Below are positions 46,567 through 56,036 of a DNA stretch of 64,000 nucleotides, piece after piece; positions within the stretch are counted from its first letter, which is position 1, and the number at the start of each line of letters is the position of its first letter. The notes under the pieces are model-generated. The model had not been told where the DNA came from. It made no database searches and saw nothing but the letters and a program-made list of their open reading frames with translations. The DNA comes from Candidatus Uhrbacteria bacterium (lineage in GTDB: Bacteria > Patescibacteriota > Patescibacteriia > UBA9934 > UBA10169): NCBI GenBank assembly GCA_016187485.1, contig JACPJO010000005.1:155519-219518 (forward strand), read 5' to 3'. The position numbers and the translations under genes are program-made.

Positions 46567-46592
46567 TCTCTCTAAGTCATCACTAAGAGAGA
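46567..46592. repeat. REP-like element CTCTCTAAGTCATCACTAAGAGAGAA (family A), 5 bp upstream of the RAYT start
   Basis: Read directly. Confidence 0.7.
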
Positions 46593-46596
46593 ATTT

Positions 46597-47250
46597 ATGC
46601 GGCTAGAAGAGTTTACAAATGGGGAGTTTTACCATATTTATAATCGTGGCGTAGACCGGCAGACAATGTTCCGAGAGAGAGAGGACTATCTCGTCTTCCT
46701 CGGATACCTTTATCAGTTTAATAGTTCCCAGAGCATTAAAACTTCTCGACACTCTCGCACTACACTTGTGTCTATTATCAGCTACTGCCTCATTCCCAAC
46801 CATTTTCATCTGGCAATGCGTCAGGAACAGGACGGCGGAATCTCCAAGTATCTCCACAAAATCGGTATGCGCTATGCAAAGTACTTTAATGCAAAATATG
46901 GGAGAAAAGGCCGATTCTTTGAAAACGCCTTCCAGGCCAAGCACATCTCATCAGATGCATACCTAGAGCATATACCACGATACATTCACTTAAATGCCCT
47001 GGATCTCACTGCCCACGATTGGCGTAATGGGAGTGTAAGAAATTGGAACGATGCTCTTGCCCACCTAGAACAATACCCATGGTCGAGTCACCACGCATAC
47101 AGCACAAGGTCACAAGCCATTCCAATTATTGAGATGCGGATTGTAAAGGAAATGTTTCCTACTCCAAAGGAATATATTTCATTTCTTAAACAGTGGTCTC
47201 AAGCCGAAATCTCCACGTTGTCTCTTAGTGATCTCTTAGTGACAACTTAG
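46597..47250 (+). mobile_element. IS200-like / REP-associated tyrosine transposase (RAYT, HuH Y1 transposase) gene
   Basis: YHIYNRGVDRQTMF and IPNHFHLAM (HuH) motifs; about 217 aa. Flanked on both sides by family-A REP-like palindromes. Confidence 0.65.
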
Positions 47251-47256
47251 AGAGAA
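47221..47256. repeat. REP-like element TCTCTTAGTGATCTCTTAGTGA...CTTAGAGAGAA (family A) overlapping the RAYT 3' end
   Basis: Read directly. Confidence 0.65.
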
Positions 47257-47277
47257 ATTGGTATCGTGGCGGGCGTT

Positions 47278-48090
47278 ATGATGAAGATGCTTGATGGGCG
47301 AGTATTAGCTGAGCGGATTCGAGAACGTGTGGCGGAGAAGACGCGCGAGTTCGGCCACCAGCCCGGTCTTGCAATTATTTTGGTCGGTGACGATCCTGCG
47401 TCACACCTGTACGTGCAGCTCAAAGAAAAAGCCTGCGAAGAGGTCGGGTTTCTTTTTGAAAAACATGTCCTTCCCGCAAATACGCCGACAGACCAACTTG
47501 TCCTCCTTGTGAAGCAATTAAACGCGCGCGGGGACATCCACGGAATTTTAGTCCAGCTCCCCCTTCCCTCTCAAGACGAAGACGCGGTTATCCGCACTAT
47601 CCACCCGGCAAAAGATGTGGACGGGTTCCATCCGCAAAACTCCTCTCTTGCTCCACCCACCGTGCTTGGCATCATGAAACTCATCGAGTCAACAGGCGAG
47701 TCGATCACAGGAAAACATGCATGCGTTGTCGGATCAGAATTATTTGCCAATCCTCTGCAAACCTTCCTGGCCGAGCGCGGCGTTGAAACGACGCGCCTGG
47801 ACCCCTCTTCCCCCACTCTCGCCGAGCAAACAAAAAATTACGACATTCTTATTACGGTTGTAGGAAAACCCGGACTGATTACTTCCCCGATGATTAAGCC
47901 TGACGCCATCGTGATTGATGTGGGCACCACGCGCGTAGACGACAAAACTGTCGGCGACGTGGATCCATCTGTCGCGGAGGCAAACACTGGTTGGCTCACG
48001 CCTGTTCCGGGGGGCGTGGGGCCGATGACGGTTGCCATGCTGATTCTGAATGTTCTAAGAGCGGCACATCTTCAGCACGACGGCGCTTGA
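47278..48090 (+). CDS. folD: bifunctional methylenetetrahydrofolate dehydrogenase/cyclohydrolase
   Basis: LAIILVGDDPASHLYV, GILVQLPLP, VPGGVGPMTVAML. The start is ambiguous: a GTG at 47266 or ATGs at 47278/47281/47287. Confidence 0.85.
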   Translation: MMKMLDGRVLAERIRERVAEKTREFGHQPGLAIILVGDDPASHLYVQLKEKACEEVGFLFEKHVLPANTPTDQLVLLVKQLNARGDIHGILVQLPLPSQDEDAVIRTIHPAKDVDGFHPQNSSLAPPTVLGIMKLIESTGESITGKHACVVGSELFANPLQTFLAERGVETTRLDPSSPTLAEQTKNYDILITVVGKPGLITSPMIKPDAIVIDVGTTRVDDKTVGDVDPSVAEANTGWLTPVPGGVGPMTVAMLILNVLRAAHLQHDGA

Positions 48091-48472
48091 GAAAGATAGG
48101 TACCAGAAACCCCAACACAACCGCAAGATCTACCGCTATCGAGAACAGCTCGGTAAATTCTGTTTGCCATGGGATACCATAGAGAAATGGATTGAGAAGA
48201 GCGGATGCGAGCGCAAACAACGCTCCCCACGCTAACGCCATCTCCCCGCCGTGCCGCGCAGACGGCGTTGGGTGGCCGCGAAAGAAAAGCGCGGAGAAAA
48301 GTGCGCTCAATACGGGGATGCTCGCCATCATGGCATACCCTGGCCACAGACTTCCAGGGGTGTACAACACGGCATACGAGACGACAAACACAGACGCCGC
48401 ATGTACGAGGAGAAGGAATGCAACCCAGAAGATGACAAACCGGCTGGCAAGACGCGCGAGAGGATGTATCAT
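47996..48472 (-). CDS. hypothetical membrane protein
   Basis: Four hydrophobic helices; coding-like. Convergent overlap with the folD 3' end, so low confidence. Confidence 0.3.
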   Translation of the reverse strand: MIHPLARLASRFVIFWVAFLLLVHAASVFVVSYAVLYTPGSLWPGYAMMASIPVLSALFSALFFRGHPTPSARHGGEMALAWGALFALASALLNPFLYGIPWQTEFTELFSIAVDLAVVLGFLVPIFLKRRRAEDVPLLEHSESAWQPSSAPRPPEQA

Positions 48473-49605
48473 ACAACATGCGAAAGAAGTTCCACGACGG
48501 CTCCCGCAAAAAAGAGGAGGCCGATGAGCCACAAGAGTGGGAGTGGAATAGTAAAGCATTTTATCCGGCGGCACACGGTGCGTTGAAGCCGGCGGTAAAT
48601 GACAAGAATAAGGCAGGCAAGAAGCGCCGAGAAGACCGTGCCGGTAAAACTAATAACGGTAATAAACTCGCGTACACCAAAAAGAAAGAGCAGTGCGGGA
48701 ACTCCAAGAGCAAGTACAACGGCCGATAGACGACCAAATCCAAGATCACGACGACACGTATCTTTCAACTGCTCTCCAATCATCATGAAAATAGACCATA
48801 GCGTGAGAAGGCCGAGCACTGATCCCACCGCTGCCATGTCGGGTCCAATCACGCGCGCAAAGCCAAGAAGCACGTTGGGAGTCGTGGTTGAACCTGTCAC
48901 ACCCACCATGAGAAATGTGAAAAGAAGGTAGAGGAGAAAAATAATTCCCGATCCGTACAACACGGCGCGAGGCAAGCGATATTCATACCTCTCACCCAAG
49001 ATCGCATGCATCTCGGGCATGACACCAAGACTAGAAGTAGCAAACAGGATAATGCCGTAGGGAACGAAAAAATGCTCAAGGTTCACCGCAGTAATGAGAG
49101 CGGGATCAAACGCGGGGAGGCCAGAAAGCATGAGTACGAGAAACAGTGTGAGAAGAACAGCACCGATGAGAAGCTCGAAAGACGCGGCGCGGCGCAACGG
49201 AAGAACGACCAGCAAGAGGCCAACAAGAAAGAACATCGAGGGTCCCGCAAGCGGCGGGAGCGCAGGAAAAAGCGTGCGCAAAAATTCGCCACCTAAAATA
49301 AGATACGAGAGCAAAATCCCCCACTGCCCGCCAAAAAAAATGAGCATGGCAATAGCGCGCGCGCCCGGGCCGAGGTAGTGCCCTGCGAGTCCCACCAGTC
49401 GCGACTGCCCTGGCGTTTGTATGGTGATCTCCGCCAAAAGAAGTTGGAGAAGAAGGAGAAAAAATCCAAGTACGACAAGGAAGAACGCGCCCGCCACCCA
49501 CCCCGATTGTGCAAACGCATACGGAAGCCCGAACACCCCCGCCCCAAGCGTCGAGCCAACAAACACTGCGGTTGCTTGCAGGGAACGTTTCCGCGCCTCC
49601 GTCAT
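48469..49605 (-). CDS. amino-acid permease-like membrane transporter (aromatic amino acid/AAAP-type)
   Basis: About 11 TM helices; FVGSTLGAGVFGLPYAFAQSGW N-terminal motif. Confidence 0.6.
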   Translation of the reverse strand: MTEARKRSLQATAVFVGSTLGAGVFGLPYAFAQSGWVAGAFFLVVLGFFLLLLQLLLAEITIQTPGQSRLVGLAGHYLGPGARAIAMLIFFGGQWGILLSYLILGGEFLRTLFPALPPLAGPSMFFLVGLLLVVLPLRRAASFELLIGAVLLTLFLVLMLSGLPAFDPALITAVNLEHFFVPYGIILFATSSLGVMPEMHAILGERYEYRLPRAVLYGSGIIFLLYLLFTFLMVGVTGSTTTPNVLLGFARVIGPDMAAVGSVLGLLTLWSIFMMIGEQLKDTCRRDLGFGRLSAVVLALGVPALLFLFGVREFITVISFTGTVFSALLACLILVIYRRLQRTVCRRIKCFTIPLPLLWLIGLLFFAGAVVELLSHVV

Positions 49606-49706
49606 ATTGGCATCAGTATACCAAAGTTACTGCGAACCGTCCCCAAAACATACACAGGTTGTGCGCTTGCGAGAGCGTAACGCTGGTCGTACTATACGCC
49701 CACCCT

Positions 49707-51191
49707 ATGGCAGGAATCGATCGCGTCCCCCCGCACAATCTAGAGGCCGAGGCATCTCTGCTTGGTTCGCTTTTGATTGATCAACAAGCCGCCATCAAGA
49801 TTGCCGACCGCCTAAGCGCCGAGGACTTCTATCGCCCGGCTCACGCCACTGTCTATGAGGCCATGATGTATTTGTTTGCGCGTCACGAGCCGATCGACGT
49901 GCTTTCGGTGGGCAACCGACTTGAGGAAATGAGTAAGCTTGAAGAGATCGGCGGACGAAGCGGACTTGCAGAGATCTCCAATACGGTTCCCACGGCGGCG
50001 CACGTGGGACACTACGCAGACATCGTCAAGAAGAAGGCGGTTTTGCGCCGACTGATTTCCGCTGCAAACGATATCTCCGCGCTTGGGTACCACGAGGAAC
50101 AGGAAATTGAACAACTCCTCGACCAAGCAGAGCAGCGGCTTTTCGGCGTATCCCAACGGATGCTTAAGCAAAACTTTGTGCCGCTTACCGATATTTTGGC
50201 GCAAGCATTCGAGCGTATTGATGAACTCCATCGCGAACGCGGCAAGCTCCGCGGCCTCCCCACGGGTTTCTCCGAGCTCGATAGTATCCTTGCCGGCCTG
50301 CAGAAGTCCGACATGGTCGTACTTGCTGCCCGCCCATCGGTAGGAAAGACGAGTCTTGCTCTTGATGTGGTACGCAACGTTGCGATCAAAACAAAACTGC
50401 CTGTTGCCGTTTTCTCTCTTGAAATGAGCAAGGAGCAACTGGTGGACCGCATGATCTGTACCGAGGCAAACGTGGATTTGTGGAAGATGCGCACGGGGCG
50501 GCTTTCCGAACGCGACGACGACTTTCCGCGTATTGGACATGCGCTTGGTGTTCTTTCCGAGGCGCCAATTTTCATTGACGATTCCGCCGGCGCCAATATT
50601 ATGGAGATCCGCACAAAATGCCGGCGCCTCCAAAGCGAAAAAGGGCTTGGTCTTGTTGTTATTGATTATCTTCAGTTGATGGAGGCCCCAGGCGGATCTA
50701 CCAATGACAGCAACCGCACACAAGAAGTCTCCCAAATGAGCCGCGGACTCAAACAGCTTGCACGCGAACTCAACGTCCCGGTAGTAGTGCTGTCACAGTT
50801 GAACCGCGCGGTCGAGCTTTCCAAACCCGCGATCCCCAAACTCGCTCACCTACGCGAGTCCGGCTCTATTGAGCAAGACGCCGACGTCGTGTTGTTCATC
50901 TATCGCAAATCGGCTGACCCGAATTTCCGCAACGAAGAACTGCCGCTCGAAGAACGAAGTTCCGCAGAAATTTATATAGCGAAACACCGCAATGGGCCCG
51001 TGGGTATGGTGCGGCTCGCCTTTGATCCACAACGCGTGTGTTTCCGGTCTATGGATCGACGCCACCCTTCCGCACAGCCATCAGTATCTCAAAAACCCTC
51101 GATGCCACTCATTGAGCCTCCGCCTTTGGAAACGATTGAGATTCCTCCACCCCCCGAACCTTCATCCGATGTCTCATCCGACGAGACGTAA
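49707..51191 (+). CDS. dnaB: replicative DNA helicase DnaB
   Basis: PHNLEAEASLLGSLL N-terminus; Walker A AARPSVGKTSLAL; VIDYLQLM; RecA-like C-terminal domain. The GC-rich upstream extension in the track is rejected. Confidence 0.9.
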   Translation: MAGIDRVPPHNLEAEASLLGSLLIDQQAAIKIADRLSAEDFYRPAHATVYEAMMYLFARHEPIDVLSVGNRLEEMSKLEEIGGRSGLAEISNTVPTAAHVGHYADIVKKKAVLRRLISAANDISALGYHEEQEIEQLLDQAEQRLFGVSQRMLKQNFVPLTDILAQAFERIDELHRERGKLRGLPTGFSELDSILAGLQKSDMVVLAARPSVGKTSLALDVVRNVAIKTKLPVAVFSLEMSKEQLVDRMICTEANVDLWKMRTGRLSERDDDFPRIGHALGVLSEAPIFIDDSAGANIMEIRTKCRRLQSEKGLGLVVIDYLQLMEAPGGSTNDSNRTQEVSQMSRGLKQLARELNVPVVVLSQLNRAVELSKPAIPKLAHLRESGSIEQDADVVLFIYRKSADPNFRNEELPLEERSSAEIYIAKHRNGPVGMVRLAFDPQRVCFRSMDRRHPSAQPSVSQKPSMPLIEPPPLETIEIPPPPEPSSDVSSDET

Positions 51192-51241
51192 TGTGCTACC
51201 ATGTCCTCTGGCAACTCCCCTAACTCCTACAAGCTACCTCT

Positions 51242-51541
51242 ATGTTCTCCAAAATTAAAGCCATCAAGGACATGCGCAATCAGGCAAAGAAGATGCAGAG
51301 CGCGCTTGCGGAAATTATCGAAGTAAGTGAAGCCGCGCACGGAGGCATACGCATCACGATGGATGGTAATCAAGTCGTGCAACGTGTAGAAGTCGCCGAC
51401 ACCATGCTCACAGAAAAAATAAGGCTCGAGGGGGCGCTTAAAGAAGCATTCAATGAAGCCGTGCAGAAAATCCAAAAAAAGATGGCGGCAAAAGTAAAAG
51501 AAATGGGCGGGCTGGATGCATTCAAAAATCTTGGCGTGTGA
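51242..51541 (+). CDS. ybaB: nucleoid-associated protein YbaB/EbfC
   Basis: 99 aa; MQ...QKMQ...AFNEA pattern; sits between dnaB and recR. Confidence 0.75.
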   Translation: MFSKIKAIKDMRNQAKKMQSALAEIIEVSEAAHGGIRITMDGNQVVQRVEVADTMLTEKIRLEGALKEAFNEAVQKIQKKMAAKVKEMGGLDAFKNLGV

Positions 51542-52137
51542 GGAAGTTTCCCGAACCCATCCAAACTCTCATGACAGAGTTCATGCGTCTTCCAGGCGTC
51601 GGACCAAAGACGGCGCTTCGATATGTCTACGCGCTCTTGAAACAGGGCGCAGCCGCGCGTGAATCGTTTGCGGAAGCCGTCAATAATCTTTCCCACATCC
51701 AGCTCTGCTCGCGGTGTTTTGTCCACGCGGAATCCCCTCTCTGCCCGCTCTGCAGCGACCCTACAAGGGACGACCGGCTGTTGTGCGTGGTCGCAGAGTC
51801 GCGAGACATTGCCACCGTAGAAGCAACGGGAACGTATCGCGGACGCTACCACGTGCTTGGGGGATTTCTCGATCCTGTCGAAGGAGTCACGTCGGAGCAT
51901 TTGCGCGTGCGCGAGCTCGTAGAACGCGTGATGACCGACCAGAAAATTGAAGAAATCATTTTGGCAATCTCCCCTGACCTTTTGGGGGAAATGACCATGA
52001 GCCATGTCTTCCAAGCGCTGAAACCTTTGAGCCGGCGCGTGACACGCTTGGCGCGCGGGCTGCCCACCGGCGCCGAACTAGAGTTTGCTGATGAGGTGAC
52101 GCTTGGGGATGCATTTGCTGGTCGGCGCGAAATATAA
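51538..52137 (+). CDS. recR: recombination protein RecR
   Basis: LPGVGPKTA HhH motif, C4 zinc finger CSRCF...CPLC, Toprim segment. Confidence 0.9.
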   Translation: MRKFPEPIQTLMTEFMRLPGVGPKTALRYVYALLKQGAAARESFAEAVNNLSHIQLCSRCFVHAESPLCPLCSDPTRDDRLLCVVAESRDIATVEATGTYRGRYHVLGGFLDPVEGVTSEHLRVRELVERVMTDQKIEEIILAISPDLLGEMTMSHVFQALKPLSRRVTRLARGLPTGAELEFADEVTLGDAFAGRREI

Positions 52138-52175
52138 AACGATGCCCGGCGACTTTGTGCCAAGCATCGTTTTTG
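52138..52175. terminator. bidirectional rho-independent terminator AACGATGC...GCATCGTT plus TTTTG between convergent recR and rplU
   Basis: 8-bp perfect stem read directly. Confidence 0.65.
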
Positions 52176-52484
52176 TTATGCAATTTTTTCAATCTTGATG
52201 CTCGTAAACGGCTGTCGGTGGCCTGCCTTGCGGCGATAACGGACCTTCGCTTTGTACTTGATGACCGAGATTTTTTCGCTGCGGCCATGCTCCACCACTG
52301 TGGCGCTCACCATTTTGCCGCTTCCAGGCTTTCCCACAGTAATCTGGCCTCCATCCTCTTCCGCCACCAAAAGCGCGTCAAATTCCAGCGGCGCGCCAAC
52401 GGCCTGCTCAAGTTTCTCCACTTTGAGCACCTGCCCCTCGTGCACGAGGTACTGTTTCCCTCCGGTCGCAATGACTGCAAACAT
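52176..52484 (-). CDS. rplU: 50S ribosomal protein L21
   Basis: MFAVIATGGKQYLV...KYKAKVRYRRKAGHRQ. Start trimmed to MFAVI. Confidence 0.85.
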   Translation of the reverse strand: MFAVIATGGKQYLVHEGQVLKVEKLEQAVGAPLEFDALLVAEEDGGQITVGKPGSGKMVSATVVEHGRSEKISVIKYKAKVRYRRKAGHRQPFTSIKIEKIA

Positions 52485-52670
52485 AGATGTTTTTCGTCCG
52501 CCGGCGCCTCGCAGAGAGGACTTGAAAGCCAACGGCTCGTTTAAGAATGGGGAGAGTGTAGAGGACTTAGGGGGAAATGTCAACGAGCTCCTCCGGCCGC
52601 CTAGCGACCCCTCTTCTTCTCACAAAGGCCCCACGGCCTTTTTCAAATTGGGAACCCATCCAATCCCAAA

Positions 52671-52700
52671 CTTTCTCTCTAAGTCATCACTAAGTGAGGA
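52671..52700. repeat. REP-like element CTTTCTCTCTAAGTCATCACTAAGTGAGGA (family A), followed by a TTGACA-containing block
   Basis: Read directly; near-identical to 46443-46490. Confidence 0.7.
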
Positions 52701-52761
52701 TAAGTGGGGGTTGACAAAGAAAAACGCTAAAGTAAGAAGAGAAAGTTTTTTGTCCGTGTTT

Positions 52762-52787
52762 TCTCTCTTAGTGATCACTAAGAGAGA
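52762..52787. repeat. REP-like perfect palindrome TCTCTTAGTGATCACTAAGAGA (family A)
   Basis: Read directly. Confidence 0.75.
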
Positions 52788-52905
52788 TTTGGGGGTGGCG
52801 ATTGACGGGAGTGAAGTTTTGTGCGAAAGTGCCCCACTGGTGCGCACGGCAGGGAGCCGAGATGCGCATCAGCAAACCCCCACGGAAAATTCCCAGGAGT
52901 GCCCA

Positions 52906-53463
52906 ATGGACCCGTACGTTCTCATCGCAACCGTCTCCACCCTCGCCGCCCTCGGTGCCCTGTGCGTGATCTTCTCCTCCCTCTACCGCGCCGAGCAGCG
53001 GAAGCTCGAGCTCAAGACCGAGGCATACGACGGACTAGCCAAGGAAGCCAAGCGCGTGGCGCGAGCAGCCGACAAGTACAAGGAGCTGAGCTCGCTCTCG
53101 CTCGATGTGCTTTTCGACCTGTACCTGTTCAACATCATCTCCACGGCGAAGGGACAGAGTGTCAGCCTTTGCACGTCCATCGCCAAGAGCATGCTCGGTC
53201 TCTGCGCCAAGCGCGGATGGACCTTCGAGGAGACCATGGCCTACTTCGAGCAACGGTTCGTCTTCTACAGTGAGGACCGTCCCTCCATGGAGCCGATCGT
53301 CACGGCGATCCGCGGCATCATCACGACAAGCGAGTTCCGCATCGGCGTGGACGGTGCCGTCGCGTGGTTCCCAGCTTCCCCCGAATACGAGGCCGCCGCC
53401 ACGACGTGGCTGCACCTGCGTTCAACAAGAGACAAGCCTGATCCCCATCCGCCCGCTGCCTAG
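52906..53463 (+). CDS. GC-rich hypothetical membrane protein (N-terminal TM helix)
   Basis: AGGAG RBS 8 nt upstream. TM helix VLIATVSTLAALGALCVIF. GC3-biased. Confidence 0.5.
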   Translation: MDPYVLIATVSTLAALGALCVIFSSLYRAEQRKLELKTEAYDGLAKEAKRVARAADKYKELSSLSLDVLFDLYLFNIISTAKGQSVSLCTSIAKSMLGLCAKRGWTFEETMAYFEQRFVFYSEDRPSMEPIVTAIRGIITTSEFRIGVDGAVAWFPASPEYEAAATTWLHLRSTRDKPDPHPPAA

Positions 53464-53498
53464 CCGCAGCAACAACTTCGTCCGTTCTTTCTTCACGT

Positions 53499-53524
53499 CC
53501 ACGCCTCGCGTGGATTTCTGCTGT
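53499..53524 (+). terminator. hairpin CCACGCctcGCGTGG plus ATTTCTGCTGT preceded by a CT-tract (conserved 3' module)
   Basis: Read directly after the stop at 53463. Confidence 0.5.
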
Positions 53525-53536
53525 ATGTGATGACCG

Positions 53537-54481
53537 CTACCGTGTTTGAAGAGCGAGAGCGACAAGACTAAAGAGCAATGCGACGATAATGTAAAAAAAG
53601 ACAACACGCGGTTGGCTCCAGCCCTTATCCAACAGACGATAGTGTAAATGCCGGCGATCGCCCTCCACGACTGCATGCCACCCCCCGCGCAGACGTTGGG
53701 CAACCACAGAGAGGAGATCCATCCCGGGAATACCCAAGACGAGCAATGCCATGGCCACCTTACTTCCAGAAATAATCGCAAGTGTCCCCAACAAATACCC
53801 AACAAACGTACTCCCTCCCTCGCCAAGAAAAATCTTCGCCGGGTACCAATTCCAGACCAGAAATCCAAGAAGAGCGCCTGTGGCGATACTTGCAAACAGC
53901 GCAATATCCGGTTGAAAATAGGTAGCGGAAAGAGAGAGAAAAAGAATGGCTACAGTGCCCGTGACCACAACGCTCGTATCCAATCCATCCAACCCGTCAA
54001 GCAGCTTTGTCACATACATCACCACAAGGAGCCAGACAAAGACAAGAATCTGTGAAGTCCCCGCCGAGAGCTCAAGAACGCCGCCAAACGGATTCGTGAG
54101 CTTACTCACTTCGATCCCTCCCACAACGGCTGCGAGCGCGGCAAAGACAGGGAAAAGGAACGACACGGACGGGGGCAGACGAAATCGGTCATCAAGGACT
54201 CCCCCGATCATAAGGATGGTTCCCCCGACAAAGAAACCCACATAGTGTCGCACGTCAATCAGACCTACGGTAAGACGGTCTGTGGCAAAGAGCGCTATCG
54301 CCGTCACAACGACCACAGCGACAAACACCGCAAGGCCCCCAAGCAGCGGGGTGGGGCGGGCGTGAGTTTTCCTTTCCTCTTTCGGCTCATCCAAAACACC
54401 CGCACGCACCGCACACGCGGCCACAAGGGGTGTAGAAGCGCACGCGACCAGAAAACTCGCGATCATCCACGGCCACAACAT
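53537..54481 (-). CDS. mraY: MraY/WecA-family polyprenyl-phosphate N-acetylhexosamine-1-phosphate transferase (glycosyltransferase family 4); MraY by context
   Basis: LLDGLDGLD, NWYPAKIFLGEGGSTFVGY, DRRHLHYRLLDKGWSQPRVV. Sits in the dcw-like neighbourhood. WecA cannot be excluded. Confidence 0.55.
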   Translation of the reverse strand: MLWPWMIASFLVACASTPLVAACAVRAGVLDEPKEERKTHARPTPLLGGLAVFVAVVVVTAIALFATDRLTVGLIDVRHYVGFFVGGTILMIGGVLDDRFRLPPSVSFLFPVFAALAAVVGGIEVSKLTNPFGGVLELSAGTSQILVFVWLLVVMYVTKLLDGLDGLDTSVVVTGTVAILFLSLSATYFQPDIALFASIATGALLGFLVWNWYPAKIFLGEGGSTFVGYLLGTLAIISGSKVAMALLVLGIPGMDLLSVVAQRLRGGWHAVVEGDRRHLHYRLLDKGWSQPRVVFFYIIVALLFSLVALALQTR

Positions 54482-54482
54482 A

Positions 54483-55580
54483 TTAAGCACGAAGCGCCTC
54501 CATAAGGCGCAAGTAAAAACGAAGATTATGAACCGTCGCCAGCCGATAGGCCAGCATCTCGCCCACGGAGAAAAGGTGTCGGAGGTACGCACGCGACGTT
54601 GTCATACACGTGGGACAATCACAGAGAGGATCAACAGGGGAGTCGTCGCGTGTATACTGTTCGTTCGTGATATGCAGACGCTCATAGAAATCTGTCTTAT
54701 CCTCACGCCATTGAATCGTTGATGGGTGTCCCCGCCAGACAAACAACGTTCCGTGGCGCGCATTGCGCGTGGGAAGCACGCAGTCAAACAGATCCACTCC
54801 CTGGTGCACATAATACACGATTTCTTCCGGCATGCCGCCGCCCATAAAGTAACGTGGCCTATCGTTCGGCAAAAGCGGAGTCGCCCCACGCACAATCCGG
54901 TACGCGTCTTCGCGCGCTTCCCCTACCGAAAGTCCGCCGATGGCGTATCCATCAAAACCGATATCCACAAGGGCTCTTGCTGATTGCTCCCGAAGGTCCT
55001 CGTGTGTGCCACCCTGGACAATACCAAAAAGCTTGTCGCTTGTACTATGCGGCTTGCAGGAAGAAAAATAATCCTTACAGCGGGTGGCCCAGCGGAGAGA
55101 ACGCTCCATCGCCTCCTCCGCGCGTTCACGCGGCGAACCGCCAGCAGCAACATCATCAAATTGCATTAAAACATCCGCGCCAATGGCCATTTGCATCTCC
55201 ATCGAACGCTCCGGGGTAAGAAACAAATGAGATCCGTCGATGTGCGACTGGAACTCGACACCGTCTTCTGTTGTTTTGTTAAGTCGAGAGAGGCTAAACA
55301 CCTGATACCCACCACTGTCGGTAAGAAGTGGGCCCGCCCAGCCCATAAGACCGTGAAGTCCACCAAGATCCTTGAGCACATCCATTCCCGGACGCAAAAG
55401 CAGATGATACGTGTTAGTCAATATCATACTAGCGCCAAGCGCCTTCACGTCACCTGGGGAAAGTGTTTTAACCGCGCCTGTCGTAGCAATAGGCATGAAA
55501 CACGGCGTGGGAACAGTCCCATGTCCCGTGAGAAGAGTGCCCCACCGGCGTGCCTTATCCGTTTTGTGCAGCGTAAACAT
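54483..55580 (-). CDS. tgt: queuine tRNA-ribosyltransferase
   Basis: HGTVPTPCFMPIATTGAVK; zinc site CDCPTC...H near the C-terminus. Confidence 0.85.
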   Translation of the reverse strand: MFTLHKTDKARRWGTLLTGHGTVPTPCFMPIATTGAVKTLSPGDVKALGASMILTNTYHLLLRPGMDVLKDLGGLHGLMGWAGPLLTDSGGYQVFSLSRLNKTTEDGVEFQSHIDGSHLFLTPERSMEMQMAIGADVLMQFDDVAAGGSPRERAEEAMERSLRWATRCKDYFSSCKPHSTSDKLFGIVQGGTHEDLREQSARALVDIGFDGYAIGGLSVGEAREDAYRIVRGATPLLPNDRPRYFMGGGMPEEIVYYVHQGVDLFDCVLPTRNARHGTLFVWRGHPSTIQWREDKTDFYERLHITNEQYTRDDSPVDPLCDCPTCMTTSRAYLRHLFSVGEMLAYRLATVHNLRFYLRLMEALRA

Positions 55581-55751
55581 GTCGGCACACTATCACAAAG
55601 CGAGAGAAAATCGAAAACTCCCAGAGGAGGGAGCTTTCGTTTCTTTTCGTTTTTGTTTTCTCTCGTCGAACGTTTCAGAAGATCCGAAACGGCCGAAGAG
55701 CTCGACTTGCGTCGATCCTCTGCACCCGGAAGATGCACAGGACCGACGCCG

Positions 55752-56036
55752 TCAGGGAGCAACAGCCACGGCAGGCGTTGTTGCTGGGACGTACGAGACA
55801 GACTCGGGACGTACCATGCCGAGAATCGAGACGCGGCGCGCGACGTTATACATAGCGCGATTGTCCGCCGCTCGATATTCCAGTTGTTGATTCGCGATAG
55901 CAAGTTCGTCCACGCGCGTTTGCAAGTCTTTCATCTCGTATCCCATCTGTGCGGCCACATTAACTGTACTGACGTAAAGGATGCCAAGTACAAGTGAGGC
56001 CACAAGGAGGAACGTGTTAAGCAGGAGCGTCCACAT
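55752..56036 (-). CDS. FtsL-like cell-division membrane protein
   Basis: Single TM helix plus coiled coil; located immediately downstream of rsmH as in dcw clusters. Confidence 0.45.
   Translation of the reverse strand: MWTLLLNTFLLVASLVLGILYVSTVNVAAQMGYEMKDLQTRVDELAIANQQLEYRAADNRAMYNVARRVSILGMVRPESVSYVPATTPAVAVAP

Noticed and set aside
52623-52645. Hairpin AAAGGCCccacGGCCTTT plus TTTTC in the rplU upstream intergenic region
   Set aside because: No gene on either strand ends nearby. It could be an orphan terminator or part of the REP-rich insertion scar. It cannot be assigned.
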